The notes beneath the pieces are model-generated. The model searched no databases. It was not told the DNA's origin and saw only the letters and a list, made by a program, of their open reading frames with translations. From contig OZ320314.1 in assembly GCA_976226885.1 (NCBI GenBank), forward strand, positions 20,956,001-21,020,000: a stretch of DNA of 64,000 nt, in the 5' to 3' direction. Positions 12,380 through 24,700 of the stretch are shown one piece after another. Numbering within the stretch: the first letter of the stretch is position 1; each line of letters opens with the position of its first letter. Origin of the DNA: Iphione sp. A-MEVVRFRX5 (taxonomy: Eukaryota). A program made the position numbers and the translations under genes.

Positions 12380-12545
12380 AGGGGTCCATTGAGGGATCGA
12401 CAAGTGAATGACAACATCACTGCTACACTTATGGTTACCATTTTTTCCAACACTGTCGGAAAGACACTGCAGTCTTATTGGTGGATGTTGTATTATGACA
12501 TCACAAATGACAAAAAATACCCGTTTGAACATTGCCTGGCGATCT
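12380..12545 (+). repeat. Dispersed repeat shared with 56960-57120
   Basis: Shared blocks gctacactta.ggtta.cattttttcca, attggtggat, tattatgacatcacaaat and aaaaaa in the same order. Confidence 0.7.
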
Positions 12546-12763
12546 CTCAATTTAACTTAGGAGGTGAAATGGTTCAAATGCAAGTGTCATATAGGAGTTG
12601 CAGGTTACTTGGCAGTGCCGAAGTTATGTAGTTGGAACCTTTACTTGATCATAGACCACCGTTTTCCATTCATGTAGCAATTTGCCCTGTTATATTTTTT
12701 ACATTATAGGAACCTGCGCTCACCATACTACCAGTATATACCACTGTCAAAGCAGGGATTTCC

Positions 12764-15700
12764 ATGATGGCTGGAAGAGATATTTTTCCTGCACAGCCTG
12801 ATGCTGGGCGATCGAATAAAAGCACCTTTAAACATGGAATGAGTCGTAGGCAAGAACTGCTACTGAGACAAGAGCTTGAAGGAACAGCTCAAAGATCTCT
12901 TGCTGAACTGTCAATAAAGAAGGAAGAAAATAAAAATAAACCATTGACAGGACCAGAAAAAACAACAAGGTTAGCTCACCTTTACATAGTTACATGCATA
13001 TTTTAATTCACCTGTGTTGAATCTAACTAACATTTTTAAGCTGTATCTGTGTTTGTTTTTTTATAATTTTGTATTTGGTTTAGTCTCCTGTTTGCAGACT
13101 GACCTTGTTTACTAGAATACAAAGGTGGGATTTAGATAATATTAAGACGTGATTAAGTGAACTAAACTCAATTGACCAATCGCCACATCATGTAAACAAC
13201 ATCAAAATGATACTAAAACAGTCTATGAAACCTGTAGTGATGATGTATGTTTCACCCTTGACCAGTGACAGTACATGTACATTATATAGTCATAGGCATG
13301 TGTCAAAACAATGTCTTTCTGCATCATTACAATGTGAACAGGCAATCGGTTAATTGAGCGATCACTGCACTGTGTAAGGACATCATAATGAAATTACATA
13401 TACAGGAGTGTTTACAGAGACAGTCCTATGAGTAGAGCGTCATTTTGACATTATTACGCATTGCAGCAATCAGTCATTCATTTATATAAATCTGATGGCT
13501 AGAAGAGCACCATCGCTGTAAAAAGAATCCTTCCTTATATCCTTTCCTCTCACACACTACTTGATTCTTTTATGAATTTCAGACAATTGTTGCCTGAATT
13601 CAAGCCCACACGAGTTCTGGAAAAGAGGAGAACACACCCGATTTTTCATGACGATTTGAAGGATCCAAAAACAGCGAGAACTAAGGTATTTTGGTAGTGC
13701 CCAAGATGAGACTGTCATTCACTGGTGATAAAATGCCTTATTCAGATCCAGATGTAAAATCTTCCCATATATGCATAATGGTAGCACTTGATATAGGAGT
13801 CACATTCCTCCTGTCATTTTCCTTCCAGTCACCTGTACTAGGAACAGCTCCTGTCTACAATGCTCTGGAAAAAGAATTCAGCGATGTTAAACTCAAAGAC
13901 CAGAAAAAAACGAAGAAATACCCTTTCAACAAGGACAAAGTAATTACAACTGAGGGTAAGTCTTTTCCAAAGTTTTTTTTTATGTTTGTGCCTGTTGTTC
14001 CTAGTTTATTTTGTGATTTATGTTTCAGAAATATTGGCATACATTCATACTATATATCATGGAAAGGCGATGATCACAATGGTTGTATCTTTAGCCAGGA
14101 AATTGATACTCAGCTAGATCATTTTAGCTGTTCATCCATATTCTCTTGGAGTAGCATACTACCATCTATTATTGAGAACTGAGAGACCAAAATACCTGGG
14201 GTTTCTCCCTACTCTTTGTTTTAAATAGGTTTCTGGGGTCTTTTTGTACATAGGGAACAGATTCCTATACACCCATGGCCTTTGCTACAAGTTGTAGACC
14301 ACTCCAGGTTCGGACTACAGTAAATCCGTCTAGTCATGATCAAAAGTCCCAGGCACAGAATTCAACCTACAACCTCTCAGTCAGCAAACTAGTGCTAGTC
14401 AGCAATCTTACCAACTAAGCTAACTTCCCACCATTAACTGCACTATTTTGTGAATCTGTTATTAAGTGCTTGTTTTTTCAGTTTGTTGGTGCAAAGTTGT
14501 TCTTGTTGCCTATGTGTAAGTGAATACTATACCATATGCAGCTGCACCCAGCCATGTCCAGCCATTTACTTGATCTAATGATTACAGTGACATTATATTA
14601 AAAGATGAACCGTGCACGATCAAATCATGGTTTGTATACATCGTACTTTTATTGGGATTCAAGCCCACTATTTTAGGTTGGGAAGAATGACCTGATCCAT
14701 AAGCCCATAGGGCCAGTCTTCCCACACTAAGCCCTCAGTATGATGTCACTGTTACCACCAGATGAACTAAGTCAAACTTCATTGACAGTCATTTTACTTC
14801 TAAGTTGATCATGTCATGAGTGACCTCTTTCAAGAGATGTTTTGTATCCCACCCTTATATCCCAATACATGTACCTTGTCTCCTTGCAGTTCTTCCTGTC
14901 CGTGACCTCCAGGGACATTTTTTTACTTTACTGTCTATAGGTTGCTGCACTACCTAAGACCAACTGGTCAAAGTCATCAGCTAGTTGTACTGGTCTCTGG
15001 TAGAACCTGGTGCAGATGGACTTGGCCACCGATCTTGCCGTCTTCAAGACGGCATCTACCAGGAGGCCCATCTGGAGGGCCTTACTTGTGGAGGCAGACC
15101 TTGTACTGTAAGATGTGAACTGGCCCATGTCCAGTCCATAGCTTCTCAGTGTCTCTCATATAGTAAGCATGAGAGACCAGGACCTTGTTTTGAATCTGCA
15201 GCTGCCACATACGTGGCCAGATGTTTGTAGACACACAATGACTTGTCTAGAAATGGCTCAAAGCTGATGGTTAGCTTGTCCAAACCTGGCGTCGGGTGCT
15301 TCAGCCTGCCTGGTGTACAACTCTACCTCAAAGTTGATGCCTTTTCATGACAGGAAAAGTCCTTGGCTTCTACCCAATGGCAGTCGGGCATAGTGTTACT
15401 GTCCTTCTTGTATCTCCACCTCTCCCCAGCCTTCTGAGCACTGCCCCCATGTCAAAAACATGGTGAACTCTGCCTTTATGGGCTTCACATTGCTCATACC
15501 CTTCATGATTTGCTGGTTGTGAGAATGAGCCCTGATGGTCAGCCCATTGTCCAGGACCATGAAGCTGGACAGCAAGTCGTCGCCAAGTTTATGTAAGATT
15601 GGGAGAGACTCTAGTTGTGATGACAAGGAACTCCAGAGACATGTAGACCACTGGGCCTTTTCATTGGTTTAGAGTCCGTTGTGACATTACAAAAGGTAAA

Positions 15701-18700
15701 AAAAAACACAGCGTTGTCGTTGGGCGGATGACACTGTGGTGGTAGGTCCATTAGCTTGCAAGAAAAAAGGATAAGATGCCAGGCTCTCAGTACACATGAC
15801 AAGGATTTTACATTTATGTCTGTAGTGTACCAGTACCACCGGGTAACATGTTAGGGGTGAACATTCAGTGAGACACCACCACCCAGGAGCCATGGAGTAA
15901 GACAACACGTGCAGTGCAGTAAAGGAGTAGAAAACCCGAGTTAAATCTGTCTTATTATTACCCAGCAAGGGAATATTACAATGGCGACGAGGATGAACAT
16001 CAGGAGAAACCAAGGAACAAGTTTTGAGTGAGTCCTAAACAGGGATTCATCAAGGAAATCAAGTTTTGTGCACTGCCATGTGAGGAGGTACTCACAGACA
16101 AAGGAGGAGTGAGGGAGTACAACCCCACTGAGCTTAAATGCTGGATTTCATTGGAAAGGAGAGAGGACACCTGGACAGAAATATGGTAGGATACAGAGAA
16201 AGGACTTTCCTGTATTTGTGAACTGTTCTATGTGAAGAAACTGTGGTTTAAAGACCAGAATTGCTACTGTAGCGTCAAAATCGCGAGCGTAGCGCGGATA
16301 TCATGATCGTAGCGTTGTACAGGTGAGTAGACCACACTCCGCCAGCCGGGGAGGCAGGCAAATCCCTCGGGACCCCGTGGTAGCGTCATCTCGCCGACTT
16401 GGCGGGAAATATAGCGTGGGTACAGCAGGGAAGCGGCCAGAGCAGCCCAGGAGGCGTGGTCAAGTCATAGGCAAGTCCCGCAAAAGCTGTCAAACTCGCC
16501 GAGGAGTAGCCAGCAGTAGGTAGAAGCATGAGAAAACTGTCAAAGTCAGCGAGGACTGTCTGGAGTGTGGGAGCAATCCAGACAAGATGGGGAAGTCATC
16601 CGAATCGGCCGAGGGATCACCAGGAGTGTGGGAACATCTGAGAAGTGACTGCTGCTGTTAAATGGTCGATTTTTCTGCTAAGAATCGGCCAAGGATCGAT
16701 TTGAAGGTCGTTTACAAGCGTGGGAACCCTAGAGCAGGTGTGACAGTGTATACCAAGCTGTCAAAGTCGGCGGAGCTGTCTAGGAGGTGCGGGAACCTGT
16801 GGCGACGGACTCGGGGAAGCGGTGAAGCTGTCAAAGTCGTCGAGGTGCATGCCTACAAGTGTGTGACCAAAGGTGAACTGTCCCAGTTTGACAGAGGAGT
16901 TTAGATAAGTGGAGACATCCTACAGACAACTGAGGACATCTGTAGACAGGGTGAAGGAAGCGGACAGAAAGTTTAAATACTGAACATTTATATGTGACTA
17001 ATCTACAAAGTTTAAATACTGAACTTTGATGTGTGCTGATGGACATAATGTTTAAATACTGAAAGAGACTGTCAGGATCACTAAGGATCACATGGATGTG
17101 TGGTGAAGAACATGGAGTTTAAATACTGACCATTTATGTGTGCACTTTAGTGTGCAAAGTTTCAATGCTGAACGTTGATGTGCCATGACTTAAGTTTAAA
17201 TAATGACATCTACAGGGACTGAGAGTCTGTTATACCTGAACTTTGAAGTGACATTTGATTAAATTCTGAGGTTAAGAACCTGAACTTTGAAGAGACACTT
17301 GATTGAATTCAGAGGTTTTGAACCTGGTCTGACACTAACTTTGTCATTTTATTTCAGGAATATTTTATGTGAACATGTACCTGTATGTTTGCTTGAACTT
17401 TGTATTGATCCTGTAGTTGACAATATTTTAGTTTTTCAGGTGGTTGGTGTATTTTATGTACAGATAGCCTACAAGTTTGAGTTTGGTGGTACCTGGTTTA
17501 GTTTAAATACTGTGGTGGTATAGGGGTTTAAATATTATAGCTAGATACTGTGTTGGTCTGGATCCATGATGGCACCGACGGAGACACGCGGTATTGTTGA
17601 TGGCCTAAAGTCACTGGGGGTGAGTAGTCTTCCTTGCTTCGACCCCAAGGGAGAACCTACTACTCTATGTGCAAGGTGGAAGCGTTGGAAGCGAGCTTTC
17701 AACCTATATGTGATGTCACGTGGTGTCACAGTGGAGGAGCAGAAGGTTGCTCTCCTGTTACACACTGGAGGCATGGAGCTACAGGAGGTATTTTACACTC
17801 TTGTACCTGAGGAGACAGGCATGTCCCTCAAGGAGTGTATCGATCGGCTCGACACACACTTTGTGCCGACTGTGAACGTACCATTCGAGAGGCACCTGTT
17901 CCGTCAGCTGGAGCAGGGAGCTGGGGAGACAGTCGACCAGTTTGTGTGTCGGCTACGTCACAAGGCTGTTTCGTGTGAGTTTGCGGATGTTGACGAGGCC
18001 ATCCGTGATCAGCTGATTGACAAGTGTCGGGAACAGCGACTCCGACGCAAGTTCCTGGAGAAGTCAGCCAACGTAAAGTTGAAGGACCTTGAGGACATTG
18101 CACGTGCCTACGAAGCGGTCGAGGCACAAATGAAGTCGATGACTGGGACTTCATCATCAACCCAGGTGAATGCGGTACAGAAGAAGGGCGACTTCTCAAA
18201 GAAGAGCAAGGAAACACAGGGTAGAGCTAGAGCTAGAGGTGCATCCAGTGGACAAGGCAGCAGAGACAGCAGCGGGAAGAAGTGTTTCCGTTGCAACAAA
18301 ACAGACCACTTTGCAAGCGACAAGAAGTGTCCAGCTCGAGGCAAGGAGTGTGGCAAGTGCAAGAAGACTGGCCATTTTGCCATATGCTGCCGCACCAAGG
18401 GTCCGGACACTCAGCAGAGGCCACAAAGGCAGAGACACCATGCAAAGGCGTATCAATGGGACCGTGATGCATCTGACGGTAGGCAGACTGGAGACTACAT
18501 CTTTGCAGTAGGGGCAGAGAAGATGGATGGTATGGTTGACCTGGAGGTTGGAGGAGTTGACCTGAGATCTGTGTTGATCGACTCAGGTGCATCCTGTAAC
18601 ATCATGGACAAGGCAACCTGGAACATGATGAAATGCAACAAAGTGAAGTGTGTGTCCCGACTGTCCAACAAGAAGTTATTTACGTATGGGCAAGCCAAGC

Positions 18701-21700
18701 CCATAGAGGTCTTGGGAATATTTGAGGCTGAGATAGTGTGTCCAGCCAGCCAGAAACATTGTCAAGATGAGTTTACTGTCATCAAGGGGAGCGGAAGGAC
18801 TCTTCTTGGTAAACAGACTGCAGAGAGGTTGAATTTACTACGAGTGGGACCACCCGAGTCACCAAGAGTGTATGCCACTACTGCAGAGGGGAATGACACG
18901 AACATGCAACAAAAGTACTCCAATGTATCCACTAACATTGGGAACTGGAAAGAGGTCCAGAGGAAATCTCATGTGAATAAGGCAACTAGGCTGGAAGCCA
19001 AACAGGTGAGGAGGCTACCATGTTGCCAACATGATAAAGGTGAAGAAGCCATCATCAGACAACAACTCTCTGATGCAAATGAGAAGGAAGATGTGAAAAG
19101 GAAGGTGCAAAGGAAGATGAAGGAAAATATTAAAAAGAAGTTGGAGGATGCAACTGTGAAGACAGAGGACAGAAGAGTGACAAGGGAGGAGAGAACAAGG
19201 AAGATGGAAAATAAGAAGGTGAAGACAGAAGATGGAACAGCAGAGGCAACATTCATTTATGTGAAAGGGAAGAAAAAGGATTCACAGAGTGCACCTAATT
19301 TCAACAGTGAGCAATACTCTGTGAAATGAAAGGAAGGCTATGAACTCAGTAGTATAGGAACACTGGGTCATTTAAGACATCATGACTGTATATTGAAGTA
19401 GATCTGAAGTCAGGGATGATAGGAAGTTTTGTTTCTGAAGAAAGGAAGGGATGTAGTGTACCAGTACCACCGGGTAACATGTTAGGGGTGAACATTCAGT
19501 GAGACACCACCACCCAGGAGCCATGGAGTAAGACCACATGTGCAGTGCAGTAAAGGAGTAGAAAACCCAAGTTAAATCTGTCTTATTATTACCCAGCAAG
19601 GGAATATTACAATGTCCAGTGTATTGATGTTCCCCATATAATGATTCTTCAAAAAGAGCCACAGATAGGCTGTCCTGCACGGATTGATTACAGATCTGGT
19701 GCTCCCAATTGCCCACCCATTCATCCTGGAAAACATTAAGGCGGTAACACATGTCGTTTCCTCACTTCCAAGATGGGCATGCCTGTGTCAGAGATTATAA
19801 AGAGGACCATATAGAGCCATACTAGTACATTGATACAGTCAGACATTATTACAGTGACCTCCTTTATAATTATAATGAAACACCTTTTGAAACAATTTTA
19901 CATTTGATCACTAGATTGAATCATCTATATGGTGATGTTTTTGGATGCTGCCATGCCTTTATTCTTATTTTTTTACCTTTAATCGCAGAGCATAAAAGAT
20001 GATGTGGTAAGAGGTTGCATATATATATGGCAATGCAAGTTTCACTTTACATGTGATTCTTTTCCTTTAGAGAAGGAGTCAAACTATGCACCTGTCAAAC
20101 ATTTATTCACTTGATATTTGAACTGTCAAACAAAGGTTATATCGCACGGTGCCCTTCATGCTAGGGGAAGTGACTAGGCATGTCCCACTGCACCTTCAAC
20201 TACATCATATATGTATTTTATTCTTTTATTTACAAATACAAATTTCCAATTTATTCACAAATTTTTATACAGTATAAGCAATCACTGCATCCAGGGTTTG
20301 TTATCACAGGATTATATCTCTACTCCACTTTCCAATCTAGGAGCTCCATTTCCGAGTAACTTAGTAATCCTACTTGAGCTTATGCATGATATAGCAAGTG
20401 AAACTGAAAAGATAGGAGGGAGGGTTGCCATGGGTGAGTGTCTTTAAAGTCTTCTTTATATGTATGACGGTCTTGCAGACTTCCTCACCAACAATAAGTT
20501 TGTTGCAAACGTCACCCATGAGTTTAGCCAATGGATCACTGGTAGAGAAGTTTTTCCTGAGCCACCATATGCATCAGTTGGTATGCAATTTTTCACTAGG
20601 TGTGTGATTATTTGTTTGTGCAAGTTTTTCGAGTGCCTTTCGTGTTGATGGAATTATATTGATACATCTCCGATTTGCCTTTTTCGTCTTGCTTCCTCCT
20701 TTATTGACTAGTACCTCCCTAGCTTGGATCGATATCAACGGGTTAAAAAGGTGTGCAAAATATGAGAAGTTGAAGATTGCTTTCATGAGAAGTTTTGTCA
20801 TCCCTCTGATAAACGATGGATTTTGCTGGCTCTTGCTACTTTTAAGGGGGTTCTCCCACTGGGTCACTCTCATCCATGCAAGTACAATGTATATGTATTA
20901 TCATTCACTATTATGTTCCAATGACATTTTCTCGTAAAGAATTCATTGTTGCTAACTTCTTTCCCTTCACTATTCTTTGATATGATCTTTTCTTATTCTT
21001 GCTTGTTTTTATCCAGCAAGATTCTTCTTCATACTTTCTACTGTGTTTCCGCTAGCTTGATTACAATGTAGCCTCAATAAGCCCTTGCAACGTGCAAGGG
21101 ATAAAAAGACAGGTCCCAATGTGCTCCCCACTGCACCCTCTATGCTGGGGACACTAGTTAAGTGGGCATGCTCTAATATGCTCCCCACTGCACCCTGTAT
21201 GCATCCTTTATGCTGGGGACATTATAACCGAGTACATTTGTATGTCCCATTGTGCTCTGAAGTGGAAGTTGGGGGAAGGGATTGTAATTAAGGGAAGTGG
21301 GTGTAACATGTTTTTCCAAGGGGAAATGTACTGTGTTGTGGTGTTTGTGTGAACAGGATGCACTTGATCAAACAAGACGGCCTAAATTAAACTCAACATA
21401 CAAATGAAAACGAACCCACCAAAACCAACAACAAGTAACTTACTATCAATCAGATCTCCACATAGTATCAACAGCATAGCAGCATTTAAGCTAGTGCACG
21501 TATATGCATCCCCATTGGGCTAAGAGAATATAATCTCTATGCAAACTGTTTTATGTATTTGTAAGACAAAAGTATATCAAGCGATCTATTCCCAGTTGTA
21601 ACAGTTATCTTTTTTTTGCTTGATCTTGTAGAGATGAAAGAGCCGCATGTATCATCCGTTGGTGTTGTTCCAACCAGAGAAAGGTAATGTAGGTGATTTA

Positions 21701-24700
21701 TAGTACAACATAAGACGTAAAAATGAATACATGCCGCACATATTGATGTGGATTGTTTTGAGTACTCTGGTTGAAAACGATATATATTCAGAGTTCGTAC
21801 GTAGTGAATATATTTACATAAATATCTTTCTTCTATACATGTACTTAAACTAAGAAAAGTTAGGTATCAACAACTCAATATATCACCAGGAATTTACCTC
21901 TCTCTTTACTGTTTGTCCTGTTGAATCCGAGGTAATTTGTTAATGTTAATACCAAACTAGGGTACGGGATCCTATACGGTTATGGCCGAAACAAACTACG
22001 GACTCCTCTTAGTTACCATTTTCGGTATAAATCTGTCTATAATCAAGTCGAAGTGCAATATATAGATCACGTGATGACAAAATTAACTACTTTCAAAATG
22101 CTAAAACTCAGTTTCCTTCGATAGCGTCTTCATATGTTTTTTTTTACTATTACAAGCCCTTGTTTTGTTTGACTATAGAAGAAATCGAGTTGTTTCCTCT
22201 TCTAGGATGATTTATCGATTTAGCTGTACTGGAGCCTTGAGAATACAGTCATCCTTGGTTTCAAGCAAACCGTAATAGCCCTTTGGCCGTATTCTTGATA
22301 ATATCAAAACTCCAACCATCATTCTAGCCAACCCCAATCGTTACTAATCCATCTTAAATGATGTGTATAAAGCAAGCTGCTTCACGAGACACAATGGAGA
22401 ACAGATATGATTAAGAAGGATACTCACTTGGAAGGATATCAGAGTTCTTTGACAAGCAGATTTGATGAATTTTAAGAGTCTCATACGATGATACTTCGTT
22501 CATGTGAATCTTATGTGCCCCAACACTAGTTACTTCAAAGAACCAAACAATGAAACAAAGTTTGCAAAACAGGACACTTAAGATAGCAGCATTCTCAGCG
22601 ACAAGAACACGGGACTGACCACACACTGTGAGCCGTAGACACTGGAATGCAAGTCAACTGAAAGCCAGCCTAGAGCTGAAGTTGTGTACCGTAGTGCTGA
22701 ATAAAAGTTTCGTTGAAGGTTTTGCCGTGATAATAAAGGACTGTTGATGTGTTGTTATAGGTAAGGTTGAGGGTAATCTTCTCTAATTGGTCGATAGGAG
22801 AGATGGTCTAGTCTTAATATCAATTTGTACATCTTGCATGACAATCATTGCTGTCTTCTACAGTCAGGCGATACAGGACTTAAAGGTTCTTATGGAGGGA
22901 GTACCTGCCATCAAAACGGATACTGATCCAGTCATTGGACCAATACAGAGGGTGAGTTATGAGTCTGGCATCTGCCAGTCCGAGAAGCAAACGTCAACTT
23001 TGATAAAGTGCATTTTATCTAAAGTGTGTGACGAATAGTGTGTGTGTGCGTGCATATGTGTGTCATTTCGTGCAGTCTTTTTTGACCATTGTGTATTTCT
23101 GTATGTCATTTAGTTACTGGGTCCATGTTAAGAGAGTCCCTTTAACTGCAGGCAAATACAGCCCCCCTAGAAGACAAAAATCAAGATAATTCCGACGATG
23201 ACTATGATCCAATACTCAATCCACGACCGCCCGGTCCTCGTCCAGCCATTGTGGCCACCACAGGCACTCTCAGACCTGTTGCTATGACGGAGCGACCAGC
23301 ACCAGCCCCCAAACCCAAAACACGCCTTAAACCACTCCGCACCGCTCGTCCACAAAGTTCAGGTTAGTGATGATGTTTCATAATTTTGTTATGTTGTATG
23401 TTTGCAAAAACCTTCTTCGAGTACAGAACGTTTTATTCTACATTCTGTTTGGTTTTGGAAAGGTTTCCATAATCTGACAGTCACCTCTACTGATTTTGGT
23501 GAATATTTTGCTCATTCAAAATGTTATGCACAATCTTTTCTTCGACCTGAAAATCATTCTGTTCATCTATAGCGAGTAACAAAGAAGAGGATGACAATAA
23601 TGGACGAGAATCAGTTTCAAGAGATGGTTCAGCAACAGAAAGGAAAAGTAGGAATTCCAGCGCCCATACGGTAAGAAATAGCATCATGATTTCCAGGTGT
23701 TCATTATATAACTTGAAGAAGTTCTATGCTGAACATTTGAAGACGGCGATTGGATTAGTTTTGCATGTATTATTACTGGGAAAAGTTTTCAGGTTTAAAA
23801 TGAAATTGCTCATCCTATTTGTAGGTCAAGTCTGTGAAGGACCTTTTGGAGGAGGCCAAGCAGCTGGCGACCCCTGGCGAGGGCGAGAAGAGGTATATGC
23901 AGCGTGCTCGGAAAGCATCCGAGGACAGTAGGAAGGACGTTCAAAAACACATGAAAGGTGAAAGAGGTCAAATCTCTTAAAGGATTCCTGGAACATCTGT
24001 TCGTTGGAACCAGATTTGCTCAGAATACCAAAGACTTAGTACTGGGAGTGGACACTAGGTGTCTACATGAGATACAATCCAGGTGGCGCTACTGCAATAC
24101 CCATACCTCTTTATGGTAGCAGCAATGTATACACACAAAAGAAATCAACCTTTACATGTACCATACTTTCTGATATATTTTACTCCAAAATTTATTGTGA
24201 TGATAGTGTCACTTTGATACATTTTTTATTTCCAGTCTGAAGGTTGGGAATCTGAATAAGGCAACTGTCCCACTCTCCAGCTTTCCATGTACATGTATTT
24301 GGCCGTCTATGCAGGCATTTTCGTTTTATCACTCAAGAACCAAATATTCTAGAGAAATTCTCATAATTTTCTTAAATTTACAGAGAATATTCTGGCATGG
24401 GACTTTTTTTTATACTGGGCAATTATTCAAAACGATTTTAAAAAGAAACTGCGAAAAAGCAAACATATTTCTAACTTGATAGGACTGTCTGGGGACCGAT
24501 GGGACATGATCGTGCTGGTGGGGAGGGATCATGGACCATATCTGTCAACATGTCATTGTGGAGGGGAACCATGGATCTTTCTGATCATCTTGTTACCTTT
24601 AAAGTAAATCATTTTCTTTTATTTAACACATTGTCTGCACACCATTTTCATATTCAGAATGCAGTCAATTCCAGATGGTGTTTGATTTGGAGACAATGTA

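Noticed and set aside
20200-20950. Hydrophobic ORF 20659-20937 and neighbours
   Set aside because: No splice chain, start context or family motif; probably decayed repeat DNA.
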